DNA of 64,000 bases from Ignavibacteriota bacterium (lineage in GTDB: Bacteria > Bacteroidota > Ignavibacteria > UBA10030 > SZUA-254). Position 1 is the first letter of the stretch. Every line of letters begins with the position of its first letter. The translations under genes and the position numbers were made by a program. Shown here one piece after another: positions 9,276 to 19,361 of this stretch. The stretch is from positions 19,403-83,402 of the forward strand of contig JANYJZ010000018.1 in assembly GCA_025358305.1 (NCBI GenBank), in the 5' to 3' direction. The notes under the pieces are model-generated. The model made no database searches, was not told where the DNA came from, and saw nothing but the letters and a program-made list of their open reading frames with translations.

Positions 9276-10295
9276 TCAGGCGCGTTGTGCTTCCGCCGTC
9301 TGGCGCTGTGCAAGCCATACTTCTGCGATCTGGACGGCGTTCGTTGCGGCACCCTTACGTAAATTGTCTGAGACGATCCAGAGGTGAAGCCCGGAAGCGA
9401 CGGTGGTGTCTCTCCGAATCCTGCCGACGAATACGTCGTCCTTTTCATGGGCCCATATCGGCATGGGATAGATGCTCTGGGCAACATCGTCCTGAACGGT
9501 AATCCCGGGTGAATGTCGCAGGAGTTCCATCACTGCGTCCAATTCGAACGGCCGTTCAAATTCAAGGTTCACTGATTCACTGTGGCCGCCGATCACCGGC
9601 ACCCGAACACACGTCGGGGCGATCTGGATCGAATCGTCATGCATGATCTTGCGCGTTTCCTGTACCATCTTGATCTCCTCACGCGTAAAACCCGCTTCGA
9701 CGAAGACATCGACCTGAGGCAGAGCATTATACGCGATCTGGTGCGGGAACTTCCGCTCCCCGAGAGGCTCCTGTGCGATCTCCGATTCGAGCTGCTTCAA
9801 CGCGCGTTTCCCGGCGCCGGTGACCGACTGGTAGGTCGACACGACAACGCGCTTGATGCGGAATCGCTCGTGGAGCGGTTGAAGGACGACGACCATTTGG
9901 ATCGTGGAGCAATTCGGGTTCGCGATGATCCCCTTGTGCCGACGGATGTCGCCCGGATTGACCTCGGGGACCACGAGCGGCACCACCGGGTCCATCCGAA
10001 ACGCGCTCGAATTATCGATGACAAGCGTCCCGAGGGCGGCAGCAATCGGCGCGAACTCCTTGCTTGCACGGGCGCCGGCGGAAAAGAGCGCGAGATCGAC
10101 TCCTACAAAGCTCCGCGGAGTCATCTCTTCGACGATGAGCGGCTTCCCGCTGAAACTTAGGACCTTTCCCGCCGATTGGGCGGTCGCGAGGAGCTTGAGC
10201 GAAGCGAGAGGAAAGTTGCGTTCTTCGAGGACCTGTATCATCTTCCTGCCGACGAGCCCTGTGGCTCCGGCAATGGCGACGTTCGGGTTCTTCAT
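9276..10295 (-). CDS. asd: Aspartate-semialdehyde dehydrogenase.
   Basis: The start was re-anchored to ATG 10295 (MKNPNVAIAGATGLVGRKM, Rossmann fold). Active-site region IANPNCSTIQMVVVL. The upstream 81 codons in the track are rejected as an extension. Confidence 0.9.
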   Translation of the reverse strand: MKNPNVAIAGATGLVGRKMIQVLEERNFPLASLKLLATAQSAGKVLSFSGKPLIVEEMTPRSFVGVDLALFSAGARASKEFAPIAAALGTLVIDNSSAFRMDPVVPLVVPEVNPGDIRRHKGIIANPNCSTIQMVVVLQPLHERFRIKRVVVSTYQSVTGAGKRALKQLESEIAQEPLGERKFPHQIAYNALPQVDVFVEAGFTREEIKMVQETRKIMHDDSIQIAPTCVRVPVIGGHSESVNLEFERPFELDAVMELLRHSPGITVQDDVAQSIYPMPIWAHEKDDVFVGRIRRDTTVASGLHLWIVSDNLRKGAATNAVQIAEVWLAQRQTAEAQRA

Positions 10296-10308
10296 CAATG
10301 TCGTCTGG

Positions 10309-11577
10309 TCAGAGATCTTCAAGCGTTTCCCTCTTTCTGATGCATGTATGAGATCGTCCATCCACGAGCACTTCCGGCGGGCGTGGCCGCGCATTGTAAT
10401 TTGAAGCGAGCGCGTATCCATACGCGCCCGTGCACATGACCGCAAGGATGTCGCCGCGATCCACGCGCGGCAGGATCCTGTCCTGAGCGAGAAAGTCTCC
10501 GCTTTCGCAGAGAGGACCGACGACATCGACGACCTCATGCTCCGCGCGGTGCGGCGCGATCGGAACGATCTGATGATACGAATGGTAGAGGCTTGGCCTG
10601 AGGAGATCGTTCATGCCGGCGTCGACGACGACAAAGGTCTTTCCCCCACTCTCCTTCCTATATAACACTTTCGTCAATAAGATTCCAGCGTGCGCAAGAA
10701 GGGATCTCCCCGGCTGCACGACAAGCATGCACCCGGCCTGGCCGAAGACCCTGAGGAGCTCCCGGAGCATGCTCACGGTCGTCAATCCCGCCTCCTCTTG
10801 GTCGTCGGGCTCCACGGGGAGGAGCGTGTGACGGAGATAGTTCCGGTACTGGACGCCGAACCCCCCTCCGAGGTTCACTTGGCGCACGTTGACACCGGCC
10901 GTTCTCGCCCGTCCGGCGAGCTCCAACGCTGCCCGTGCGGCGTCGACGAAGGCCCCGCTGCTCGTGATCTGGGAGCCGATATGGCTGTGGATGCCGAGGA
11001 CGTCGATCTCGGGGAATGTCTGTGCGCGTGTGAGGATGTCGATCGCCCGGCCCGACTCGACGCCGAACTTGTTCTGCCTGCTTCCTGTCGTGATGTAGGG
11101 ATGGGTTCCCGCATCGATGTCAAAATTGACACGCAACAGGATCCGCGCGACGAGTCCCATCCGTCCGGCGATCCCCCGGATCACGTCGATCTCACCTTCT
11201 GATTCCACGTTCAGGGCGAGGATATCTCGCCGAAGCGCATACTCGATCTCGTCGTCCCGTTTTCCGACCCCGCTGTACGTGACCTTCTCGGCAGGGAATC
11301 CGGCGCCGAGCGCGAGATGAAGTTCCCCGATCGATCCTGCATCTGCACCGATGCCTTCGTGCGCGAGAAGTCCGAGGATCGCGCTGTTCGTATTGGCTTT
11401 GACGGCGTAGCAAGACAGATGTCCGATCGCTCCGAAGGCGCGCTCAAAATGACGCGTATGGTCAACGATCGAGTTCTTACTGTAGATATAGGCAGGGGTT
11501 CCGTAGGCCTGCGCGAGATCGGATGCGGCCACCTCCTCGCAATGCAGAGAGTCCTCCTTATAACGGAATTCTTCCAT
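10309..11577 (-). CDS. lysA: Diaminopimelate decarboxylase.
   Basis: 422 aa. PLP-dependent fold-III decarboxylase motifs are present (YAVKANTNSAIL, GGGFGV, CESGD, EPGRSL). Confidence 0.9.
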   Translation of the reverse strand: MEEFRYKEDSLHCEEVAASDLAQAYGTPAYIYSKNSIVDHTRHFERAFGAIGHLSCYAVKANTNSAILGLLAHEGIGADAGSIGELHLALGAGFPAEKVTYSGVGKRDDEIEYALRRDILALNVESEGEIDVIRGIAGRMGLVARILLRVNFDIDAGTHPYITTGSRQNKFGVESGRAIDILTRAQTFPEIDVLGIHSHIGSQITSSGAFVDAARAALELAGRARTAGVNVRQVNLGGGFGVQYRNYLRHTLLPVEPDDQEEAGLTTVSMLRELLRVFGQAGCMLVVQPGRSLLAHAGILLTKVLYRKESGGKTFVVVDAGMNDLLRPSLYHSYHQIVPIAPHRAEHEVVDVVGPLCESGDFLAQDRILPRVDRGDILAVMCTGAYGYALASNYNARPRPPEVLVDGRSHTCIRKRETLEDL

Positions 11578-12629
11578 TAATGCTGCCCCGCGAAGTGATC
11601 AAGGAGTGCCTGTGCGAGCCGCGGCCGACCGCCGGTCAGGACGTCCCCGACCGGTAGACCCGTCTTGCGCTCGAGCTCCGTTTGGGCTTGGGCGGCCTGT
11701 GCGGCGGTCATCATGACGGGATTCATCGCGATGCCGACGACCTTGGAAGGTTTGAAGGGCTCCAGGAGCTTCTCATGGAGGGAGATCGCCCGGGAGACGT
11801 CGTCGAGGTCGAGATCGTAATCATCGCGGTGCCGCGAAGGATGATGCACGAGGATCATGGCGTCCGGCATGACGCCGTGGATGAGCCCGAGCGTCACGCC
11901 GGAATACCCCTGGTGCGTGATCGAGCCCTGGCCCTCCACATGGAGATACTCGAACCCTTCTGCTGCCCTCCGGTCGAGTTCGTGCTCGATCGCGCCCGAG
12001 ATGTAATCGCTCAGCACGGAGTCGACGGCGACCCCGGCGCCCGAAAGAAGGATCCCGGTCTGGCCCGTCGCGATGAATCCAGAATTGAGTCCCCGACTGA
12101 CGAATTCCCTGTGAAGTTCGAGCGATGCCGTCATCTTCCCGACGTTGCAGTCCGTCCCCACAGTCAGGATCGTTTTCGCCGGCCGGGTCTTCCAACTCCC
12201 TTTGGCGACCACCTCGTATTCCTGGGGGACCTTGCGGAGATCGGAGATGACAGCGCCATGGAGTGCGGCGCATCGGGCGATCTCGTCGTCATCCGAGAGG
12301 TGCGTGTGCAGACCGCTGACGATGTTCAGTTTCAGCCGCAGCGCGTCGAGAATGAGCGGCCTCCAGTCGTGCGGCAGCGCCCCGCCCGCAGGAGCGATGC
12401 CGATGAGGAGCGTGTCAGGCGCGTGTGCGAGCGAGGCGCGCAAGTCCGGGTACACCGCGATGTCGCCGCCGAATCCGAGCACATGCGCCGCGGTCCTGCC
12501 CGCCTGACGGCTGTCGATCACGCCTACCACCTCGTCCGGGATGTAGCGGAGCGCCTGGTTGGCAGTCTTCGATTCCAGCGGGCTGAAGCGTCCTTCTGCG
12601 AGGATGACAATGCGTCGGGGTGCGGTCAA
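11577..12629 (-). CDS. DUF1611-family protein (DgcN-like, Rossmann/P-loop containing).
   Basis: 350 aa. The DUF1611 core VGTDCNVGKMTASLEL...ATGQTGIL is present. Its stop overlaps the lysA start by 1 nt. Confidence 0.7.
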   Translation of the reverse strand: MTAPRRIVILAEGRFSPLESKTANQALRYIPDEVVGVIDSRQAGRTAAHVLGFGGDIAVYPDLRASLAHAPDTLLIGIAPAGGALPHDWRPLILDALRLKLNIVSGLHTHLSDDDEIARCAALHGAVISDLRKVPQEYEVVAKGSWKTRPAKTILTVGTDCNVGKMTASLELHREFVSRGLNSGFIATGQTGILLSGAGVAVDSVLSDYISGAIEHELDRRAAEGFEYLHVEGQGSITHQGYSGVTLGLIHGVMPDAMILVHHPSRHRDDYDLDLDDVSRAISLHEKLLEPFKPSKVVGIAMNPVMMTAAQAAQAQTELERKTGLPVGDVLTGGRPRLAQALLDHFAGQH

Positions 12630-12636
12630 AGCCGAA

Positions 12637-13302
12637 TCAGACGAGAAGGTGGATGAGATAACCGAACGGGTAGACGAGCGTATCGATTACGCCGTAGAAG
12701 AAGCGAGCGAACGGGTCCCAACGCATGATGAGAAGGATGAGGATGATCCCGAGAAATCCGATCTTGCGGTACTGCTTGCTCAGTTCGGCCGGCAGGAGCG
12801 AGGCCAGTACGTGCGATCCATCGAGGGGCGGGACGGGGATCATGTTGAATACCGCAAGGACGACATTAAGCGTGATCCCTCCCGCGAACATCTTTAGAAG
12901 AAACTGCACACCCTGGTCGAGGATGCCCGGCGGCAACTCTGCAATCCGAGAAAGCCTTGCCGTCACGATGAATAGGAACGTGCACGCGAACGAGAGCAGA
13001 ATGTTGGAGACCGGCCCTACGACAGAGACAAGAATGTCATCGCGCCGAAGGTGCGAGAAGTTCGCCGGGTTCACCGGAACGGGCTTCGCCCAGGCGATGA
13101 ACACCCGTCCGGACACCGCAAGAGACATGAGCGGGATCATGATCGATCCGACGGGATCGATGTGCGGCACGGGATTGAGGGTCAAACGGCCGAGATCCTT
13201 GGCGGTCGTGTCACCGAGGCGCAGGGCCATCCAGCCATGCGCCATCTCGTGAATGATGACCGAAAAGAGGAGGACCGGGAGGATGTAGATCTGGTCAAGC
13301 AC
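12637..13302 (-). CDS. Site-2 protease-family (M50) membrane metalloprotease.
   Basis: 221 aa, polytopic. HEMAH zincin motif within the first TM, plus a downstream LDG motif. Confidence 0.8.
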   Translation of the reverse strand: MLDQIYILPVLLFSVIIHEMAHGWMALRLGDTTAKDLGRLTLNPVPHIDPVGSIMIPLMSLAVSGRVFIAWAKPVPVNPANFSHLRRDDILVSVVGPVSNILLSFACTFLFIVTARLSRIAELPPGILDQGVQFLLKMFAGGITLNVVLAVFNMIPVPPLDGSHVLASLLPAELSKQYRKIGFLGIILILLIMRWDPFARFFYGVIDTLVYPFGYLIHLLV

Positions 13303-13365
13303 GCCGCCGGCTCCAATCTGACAAGGGAATGTCTATGGCGCGGACCGGACGGTACCCCGCCGGCC

Positions 13366-14805
13366 TCATGCTTCCCTTCCGGCCGGGCTCGACCGGAGCG
13401 GATCGAAATGTCCGAAGTGGGTAGCGGCGATCACGTTGTACCCCTTTGCGACGTACATCCCGGTGACGGGATGAAGGGAATAGCTCCCGACATACTCCTT
13501 CCGGACGATCTTCGTCAACGTCTCGATGAACCTGTCGATGTCCTCGTCATTGTTGTAGCAGCCGAAGCTCGCGCGGACCATGCCGGGAAGCGTCGGATTG
13601 TCGCACCGCGCAGCGCGCTTCTGCCGCTCCTCTTCGGGGGAGACATCGAGAAGCTTTCGCATGTAGGGCTGGGCGCAGAAGTTTCCGTTCCGCACGCCGA
13701 TCCCCCCTTCCGTGCTCAGGATCGTGGCAACGAGGGCGTGGTCCATGCCGTCGACCGTGAACGGAAGCACTCCCACCTTCTTGGAGATATCCTCGGTGGG
13801 GCCGAAGATGCGCGTGCCGCCGAGTTTCCGCATCTTGCCGATCGCGTACCGGAGCAGCCGCTGCTCGTGGTGGGCGATCTCTTCGAGGCCGACGGACCGT
13901 AGCACCGCGATCGCTTCTGCCAGCGCGACGGAACCGACGACATTGGGGCTTCCCGCCTCCTCCTTCTGCGGCAGATTACCCCACTCGACGGAGTCGAGGC
14001 CGACGTAGGCGACGGTGCCACCGCCGACGTATTCCGGGTCGCCCGCGAGGAAGAATTCCGTCGGTCCGATGAGGACGCCGATGCCGAACGGCGCGTACAC
14101 TTTATGGGACGAGTAGGCGAGGAAGTCGATGTGCCCCGGATCGCTGTCCGGGAGCATGTCGACAGGCCTGTGGGCGACGAGTTGGGCTGCGTCGACGAAG
14201 ATCTTCGCGCCGGCCTCATGAGCCCACGCGGCGATCTCGTGGACGGGATTGCAGATCCCGGTGACGTTCGAGGCTCCTGTCACCGCGACAAGGCGAACCT
14301 TGCCGGCGGATCGGCGGAGCTCGCGCCGGAGCGCATCGAGGTCGAGACTGCCGTCGGGGAGCGTCCCCACGTGAAGGACCGTGCAGTGCTTTCTCCAAGG
14401 AAGATCGTTGGAATGGTGCTCCATCGCGGTCGTGATGACGATATCGGTGGCGCTGAACGGAAAATGCGATGCGAGCTTGTTGATCGACTCGGTCGTGTTC
14501 TTCCCGAACAGGACGACGTTCTTCGAGAGATCGGCTCCGACGAACTCGCCGGCGATCCGGCGCGTCTGGTCGTAGACCTCGGTCGCGACGACAGCCTTGT
14601 ACCCCATGCCGCGGTGGACGCCGGAGTACCAGGGGAGGAATTCCGCCATCCGATCAAGGACCGATCGGAAGGTCGGCGTGCTCGCCGCATTATCGAGGAA
14701 CACATACGGGCGCAACGTCCCGTCAAGGAGGGGGATCTTCGTATCGATGCCGACGACCTGCTCCCGAAGCCGGGCGAATGTCGTGGCGTGTTCCGGAAAA
14801 TGCAT
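13366..14805 (-). CDS. Class V aminotransferase (cysteine desulfurase / selenocysteine-lyase-like, PLP-dependent).
   Basis: 479 aa. Motifs VFLDNAAST, TTAMEHHSN and SSHKVYAPFGIGVL (PLP-lysine region). Confidence 0.8.
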   Translation of the reverse strand: MHFPEHATTFARLREQVVGIDTKIPLLDGTLRPYVFLDNAASTPTFRSVLDRMAEFLPWYSGVHRGMGYKAVVATEVYDQTRRIAGEFVGADLSKNVVLFGKNTTESINKLASHFPFSATDIVITTAMEHHSNDLPWRKHCTVLHVGTLPDGSLDLDALRRELRRSAGKVRLVAVTGASNVTGICNPVHEIAAWAHEAGAKIFVDAAQLVAHRPVDMLPDSDPGHIDFLAYSSHKVYAPFGIGVLIGPTEFFLAGDPEYVGGGTVAYVGLDSVEWGNLPQKEEAGSPNVVGSVALAEAIAVLRSVGLEEIAHHEQRLLRYAIGKMRKLGGTRIFGPTEDISKKVGVLPFTVDGMDHALVATILSTEGGIGVRNGNFCAQPYMRKLLDVSPEEERQKRAARCDNPTLPGMVRASFGCYNNDEDIDRFIETLTKIVRKEYVGSYSLHPVTGMYVAKGYNVIAATHFGHFDPLRSSPAGREA

Positions 14806-14820
14806 AAAATGTCTCTTCGA

Positions 14821-15729
14821 CTATCCTCGTGGATGAAATGTCCGGTGAACTTCCTTCAGGTACTCTCTGTCGACGTGCGTATAGATCTGCGTCGTGGAAA
14901 TATCCGAGTGGCCCAGCATTTCCTGGACCGCCCTGAGATCGGCGCCCCCCTCCAGGAGGTGCGTCGCGAACGAGTGCCGGAACGTGTGGGGGTGGACCGC
15001 TTTGCGGATGCCGGACTTCTGTGCGTTCGTCCTGACGATGTTCCAGATGGACATCCGCGACATCGGCCGTCCCCGGGCGTTGAGGAACACGACGTCCTGG
15101 CCGCTGCCGAGGCGCGAAAGCTTTCCCCGCACCGTTTGAATATAAAGATTTATCCAATGTAATGCAGACCGTCCGATCGGAATAAGCCGCTCCTTCGAAC
15201 CCTTACCGAACACCCGGACGAAGCGCTCCTCCGCATGGACCCCCGACTGTTTCAATGTGATGAGTTCGGAGACACGCATGCCCGTGGCGTACATGGTCTC
15301 GAGGATCGCTCTGTCGCGTTTGCCCAGATCCTCCGCCACGTTCGGCTGCCGCAAGATGGCGTCGACCTCGTCTTGGCTGAGGACGTCGGGGAGCGTGCGC
15401 GACATCTTCAGCGCCTCGATGGTTGCCGAGGGATCGGCGGTCACGACCCGCTCCCCGACGAGGTACCGATGGAACATCTTCACCGACGAGAGGTTGCGTG
15501 TGATGCTTCGTGCCGAAAGTCCCAGGTCCGAGAGCGTCGCAAGAAAGCCTGAGATCTGCGCCTGTCGGATCTTTGCCGGCTGCGCCACTCCTTTTCCCTC
15601 GAGGTAGGAGGCGTAGCGACGCAAGTCGAGACGATAGGAGGCGACGGTATTCTCCGCGGCGTTCTTCTCCAGTTGGAGATAGCGCAAGTACACATCAACA
15701 TGAGTGTTCATCGATGTCCCCCTGTTCAT
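14821..15729 (-). CDS. xerD: Tyrosine site-specific recombinase XerC/XerD.
   Basis: 302 aa. N-terminal SAM-like domain (YLRYLQLEKNAAENTVASYRLDL) and the C-terminal catalytic R..HxxR..Y signature (HTFRHSFATHLLEGGADLRAVQEMLGHSDISTTQIYTHV). Confidence 0.85.
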   Translation of the reverse strand: MNRGTSMNTHVDVYLRYLQLEKNAAENTVASYRLDLRRYASYLEGKGVAQPAKIRQAQISGFLATLSDLGLSARSITRNLSSVKMFHRYLVGERVVTADPSATIEALKMSRTLPDVLSQDEVDAILRQPNVAEDLGKRDRAILETMYATGMRVSELITLKQSGVHAEERFVRVFGKGSKERLIPIGRSALHWINLYIQTVRGKLSRLGSGQDVVFLNARGRPMSRMSIWNIVRTNAQKSGIRKAVHPHTFRHSFATHLLEGGADLRAVQEMLGHSDISTTQIYTHVDREYLKEVHRTFHPRG

Positions 15730-18074
15730 GCCTGCCCTTCCGCAGAGGTGGCGCCCTGTGCCGGATCAGGCGGTACCGGGCCGACGGCGGGAGCCGCAAC
15801 GGCGTCCTCCTGTGCTTCGACGGCATCCGGCGGGACCATGGGGTACGCGATGCGCTGGTGGTGCGTCCCGACAAGGATCTTCAGGAACGCCTCCTTGATC
15901 CTGGTGAGATCCTTCAGCGTAAGATCGCAGTCGTCGAGCTGGCCTTCCAGGAAACGCTGCTTGATCATCCGTTCGATCGCGTCTTCGAGCTCCTGCGGCG
16001 TGAGCTCTCCGAGCGCGCGCGTCGACGCCTCCACGGAATCCGCCAGCATGACGATGCCGGTCTCCTTCGTCCTGGGCTTCGGGCCGGGATATTGAAAATC
16101 CTCTTCCTGGATCGTTTCTCCCGTCCCCTTGCGCTCGGCCTGGCGAACCGCCTTATCGTAGAAGAATGCGATCCGCGTCGTCCCGTGGTGCTCGGGGATG
16201 AACTCGACCACGCGCTCAGGCAGTCCGCGGGATCGTGCCATTTCCATCCCCTCCTTCACATGAGAAGCGATGATGAGCGCGCTCATTCTGGGCCGCAGCC
16301 TTGTGTGCTTGCTGTGCGTGCCGATCTGGTTCTCTACAAAATACTCCGGCTTCTCCATCTTTCCGATGTCGTGGTAGTACGCACCGACGCGCGCGAGGAT
16401 CGGGTTCGCGCCGGTCGCTTCCGCCGCGGCCTCCGCAAGGCTTCCGAGGAGCATCGAGTGGTGAAACGTGCCGGGGGCCTTCTCGGACAGTTCGCGCAGG
16501 AGCGGCGTGTTGAAGTCGGAAAGTTCAACGAATGTGAGATCCGTCGTCACCTTGAATGCCCGTTCGAAGAAGAACAGGAGGGCGTAGGTGAGAACGGGAG
16601 AGACCACCGCGTTCACCAGTGCGAACAGGAGCTGCGTTACCACCATCGATACGCTGTCGAACTGCTCGAAGGAGAGCGCGAAGATCGAGACGGCGTACCC
16701 GATGAAGATGAAGATGAGCGAACGGAAGATCTGCGTCCTGTTGCTGATATCCCGGACCGTGTACGCGCCGAACGTGCCGGCGACAAGCGACGTAAGCGCA
16801 ATCGTATAATCGTTGCCGCGGATCCCGGCAATGAGGAATGCGATAGTGACGGTCCCGTAGAATGCCACCCGCGAGTCGAAGATGATGGCGAGAAGCATCG
16901 AGGCGGCAGGGACGAAGATGAGGTATTGGATCGGCTGGCTGACGTCGACCCACAGGCTAAGGGCCGTGAAGTACGTCTCCATAAGAAGGATGAGCGCGAT
17001 GAGCGCGAGCTTCGAATTGTCCCGGATGATCCGCTTTCGAAAGAGGAAGAGATAGACGGCGAAGAGCGAGACGATGAGCCCGACATGGAGGATGATGCCG
17101 ATCCAGTGCTTCCATTCGTTCGCGCCGACCTCGCGGTCGGCCTTCGCGCGTTGGTATGAATCGAGCTTCAGTTTGATCTCGTCGGTGATCCGGTCGTGCT
17201 TGCTGACGATGCGCTCGTTTTCCTGGACGAAGCCCGTCGTCCTCGGGACGTTCTCCTCCGCCGCCTGGGCAAGCCGCAGGGTCTCGAGCTGGTTGAAGAC
17301 GAGGTTCGGCTGGAGGACCGCACGCGCGACCGCAAAGGCCGCGGCATGTTCGTCCCTGTCGCCGAACGATGCGAAGAGCCTTGTTTCTATGTCCGAGAAC
17401 GCCCCGACCATGTCGGAGACGGCATTGACGGAGATGAGCTCCTCCATCGTCCCTTTGCGGATAGCGATGGTTCGGCGCGGCAACCTCGTCGCTTCCCTGT
17501 CCAGGATCCCTTTGCGCAGGACGTCGGTGAGACAGACGCCGAGGAACGACTCCGTCGACGCGAGCGAGTTGCCGCCCTTCCGCGGGCCCGCCCACCGGGC
17601 GACGGCATCCCATTGGGCATCGGTGAAGTTCACCGGTGTGGCGTTCCGGAGAACGGCGAACGCGAGCGAATCCTCCCGCGACTCTGTCGTGAGCATCCTG
17701 GCGCGTGCGGCCGAAGCCACGGAGATCGCCTTGAACGCTCCGCGCAGGGATTCCTGGACGGCCAGTTGGACCTTCGGCGCCCGTTCGAATACGGGATACA
17801 CCGACTGTACCGCGACGCTTTTCTCGGCCTCGTAGTCCCGCTGGTCGCGCAACAGGGGGAACGAGAACGGAGCGATGAGGTCCTTGTCGACCCACACGGT
17901 TCCTGTCGCGTAGCTGATCTCGCGATCCTCCCCGTGGGGGAACATGAACGAAATGACGACGATGAGGACGAGACCGAGGAGTATCTTGGAGAACGGGTGT
18001 TGCGAATCCCGGCCCGCGACGACGATCTTGGCGAGCGTCTTGGAAAGGGTGCTATGTTGCGAATTGCTGTCCAT
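15726..18074 (-). CDS. 7TM-receptor with intracellular HD hydrolase domain (7TMR-HD / PgpH-like membrane phosphohydrolase).
   Basis: The start was re-anchored to ATG 18074 (MDSNSQ...). It has an extracellular N-domain, 7 TM helices, and an HD domain (YHDIGKM...EHHGT). The 3' end overlaps the xer start by 4 nt. Confidence 0.8.
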   Translation of the reverse strand: MDSNSQHSTLSKTLAKIVVAGRDSQHPFSKILLGLVLIVVISFMFPHGEDREISYATGTVWVDKDLIAPFSFPLLRDQRDYEAEKSVAVQSVYPVFERAPKVQLAVQESLRGAFKAISVASAARARMLTTESREDSLAFAVLRNATPVNFTDAQWDAVARWAGPRKGGNSLASTESFLGVCLTDVLRKGILDREATRLPRRTIAIRKGTMEELISVNAVSDMVGAFSDIETRLFASFGDRDEHAAAFAVARAVLQPNLVFNQLETLRLAQAAEENVPRTTGFVQENERIVSKHDRITDEIKLKLDSYQRAKADREVGANEWKHWIGIILHVGLIVSLFAVYLFLFRKRIIRDNSKLALIALILLMETYFTALSLWVDVSQPIQYLIFVPAASMLLAIIFDSRVAFYGTVTIAFLIAGIRGNDYTIALTSLVAGTFGAYTVRDISNRTQIFRSLIFIFIGYAVSIFALSFEQFDSVSMVVTQLLFALVNAVVSPVLTYALLFFFERAFKVTTDLTFVELSDFNTPLLRELSEKAPGTFHHSMLLGSLAEAAAEATGANPILARVGAYYHDIGKMEKPEYFVENQIGTHSKHTRLRPRMSALIIASHVKEGMEMARSRGLPERVVEFIPEHHGTTRIAFFYDKAVRQAERKGTGETIQEEDFQYPGPKPRTKETGIVMLADSVEASTRALGELTPQELEDAIERMIKQRFLEGQLDDCDLTLKDLTRIKEAFLKILVGTHHQRIAYPMVPPDAVEAQEDAVAAPAVGPVPPDPAQGATSAEGQA

Positions 18075-18164
18075 GCCGAAGACAAATATCAGAAGAAGTT
18101 GCCACAGAATCAAGGATAGGGGCAGTTCCGGCGCCTCGCGCGCGCGCGACGGGAGACGGAAACC

Positions 18165-18193
18165 TTGATTCTTGAGGCGGAGAGGTCTATATT
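18165..18193 (+). promoter_or_regulatory. Sigma-70-like promoter TTGATT-17-TATATT upstream of the aldo/keto reductase gene.
   Basis: TTGATT at 18165-18170, a 17-nt spacer, TATATT at 18188-18193. It sits about 55 nt upstream of ATG 18248. Confidence 0.45.
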
Positions 18194-18247
18194 GGACGAT
18201 CAAACGCGGCAAACGTGCCGCCCGGACGATCAAGGGACGCGAATCAT

Positions 18248-19228
18248 ATGGAATATATCAATCTCGGGAGCACCGGTGTTCAGGTTTCACGGATCTGTCT
18301 TGGAGCGATGACCTTCGGTACGCCTGAGTGGCGGCCATGGGTCCTCACGGAAGAGGCGAGCCGTCCTCTCATCAAGCGCGCCGTCGATCAAGGCATCACC
18401 TTCTTCGACACCGCGAACATGTATTCCGTCGGGAAGAGCGAGGAAGTGCTCGGCCGGGCGCTGAAGGAGTATCTCCCCCGAGACCGCGCCGTCATCGCCA
18501 CGAAGGTGTTCTTCCGTATGGGCCCAGGTCCGAACGACCAGGGGCTTTCGCGGAAGCATATCATGCAGGCCATTGACGCGTCGCTTCGGCGGCTCGGGAC
18601 GGAGTACGTCGACCTCTACCAGATCCACCGCTGGGACAAGCGGACGCCGATCGAAGAGACGATGGAAGCTCTCCATGACGTCGTAAAGGCGGGGAAGGCC
18701 CGGTATATCGGCGCATCGAGCATGTTCGCCTACCAGCTCGCAACGGCGCAGCACACCGCAGAGCTCAACGGTTGGACGAAGTTCGTCTCGATGCAGAACC
18801 ACTACAACCTCGTCTACCGCGAAGAGGAACGCGAGATGATCCCGTACTGCCGGCAGGAAGGGATCGGGATCATCCCGTGGAGCCCGCTCGCGCGGGGGTT
18901 CCTTTCCGGGAGCCGCTCCCGGAACCACGCGGGGGAAACTCCCCGGGCCGCATCCGACGAGTACGCGAGCGAGATGTACTTTCAGGAGGCGGACTTCGCC
19001 GTTTTGGACCGCGTCCTGGAGCTCGCGAAGACCCGCAACGTCTCGCCGTCCCAGATCGCGCTCTCCTGGCTCCTCCACAAGGACGGCGTCACCTCGCCGA
19101 TCGTGGGCGTCACGAAGCAGGCCCATCTCGACGAGGCGGTGAGCGCGGTCGGACTCCGGCTGTCGGCAACGGAGCTCGAAGCCCTCGAATCCGCCTACGT
19201 CCCTCACCGCACGCTGGGCCATTCCTGA
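18248..19228 (+). CDS. Aldo/keto reductase family oxidoreductase.
   Basis: The start is at MEYINLGSTGVQVSRICLGAMTFG (AKR N-terminal signature). Motifs IHRWD and GASSMFAYQ are present. Confidence 0.85.
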   Translation: MEYINLGSTGVQVSRICLGAMTFGTPEWRPWVLTEEASRPLIKRAVDQGITFFDTANMYSVGKSEEVLGRALKEYLPRDRAVIATKVFFRMGPGPNDQGLSRKHIMQAIDASLRRLGTEYVDLYQIHRWDKRTPIEETMEALHDVVKAGKARYIGASSMFAYQLATAQHTAELNGWTKFVSMQNHYNLVYREEEREMIPYCRQEGIGIIPWSPLARGFLSGSRSRNHAGETPRAASDEYASEMYFQEADFAVLDRVLELAKTRNVSPSQIALSWLLHKDGVTSPIVGVTKQAHLDEAVSAVGLRLSATELEALESAYVPHRTLGHS

Positions 19229-19361
19229 TGCGCCTGAGCGCTCTCTTCCCTGTGCAACCATCATTCACGAATAATCGTACACTAGAGGCACGCTTCCCAG
19301 AGCTGCGGCGAACGCATTCTCTGCGCCCTTCACTCACCCTCATCGCAAAGAAAGGTCATCC

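Noticed and set aside
8636-9487. N-terminal extensions in the ORF track. Redoxin (+90 aa), asd (+81 aa, 9276..10538), sdhA (+114 aa, 40467..42722), sdhC (+124 aa, 42377..43405), lipoprotein B (+214 aa, 44080..45222), 7TM-HD (+53 aa), MerR (+75 aa), LigA, RecR, PanB, Skp2, REC, the LTD-PLD protein.
   Set aside because: The extensions are Arg/Ser/Pro-rich and overlap upstream genes. An internal ATG gives the canonical family N-terminus (Rossmann GxGxxG, signal peptide, HhH and so on) in every case.
14821-15729. Tyrosine recombinase as a marker of an integrated mobile element.
   Set aside because: The SAM-like N-domain and the XerC/D-type C-terminus fit the chromosome-dimer-resolution enzyme. 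The flanks are housekeeping genes (aminotransferase, 7TM-HD). No direct repeats or tRNA-adjacent att site were seen.
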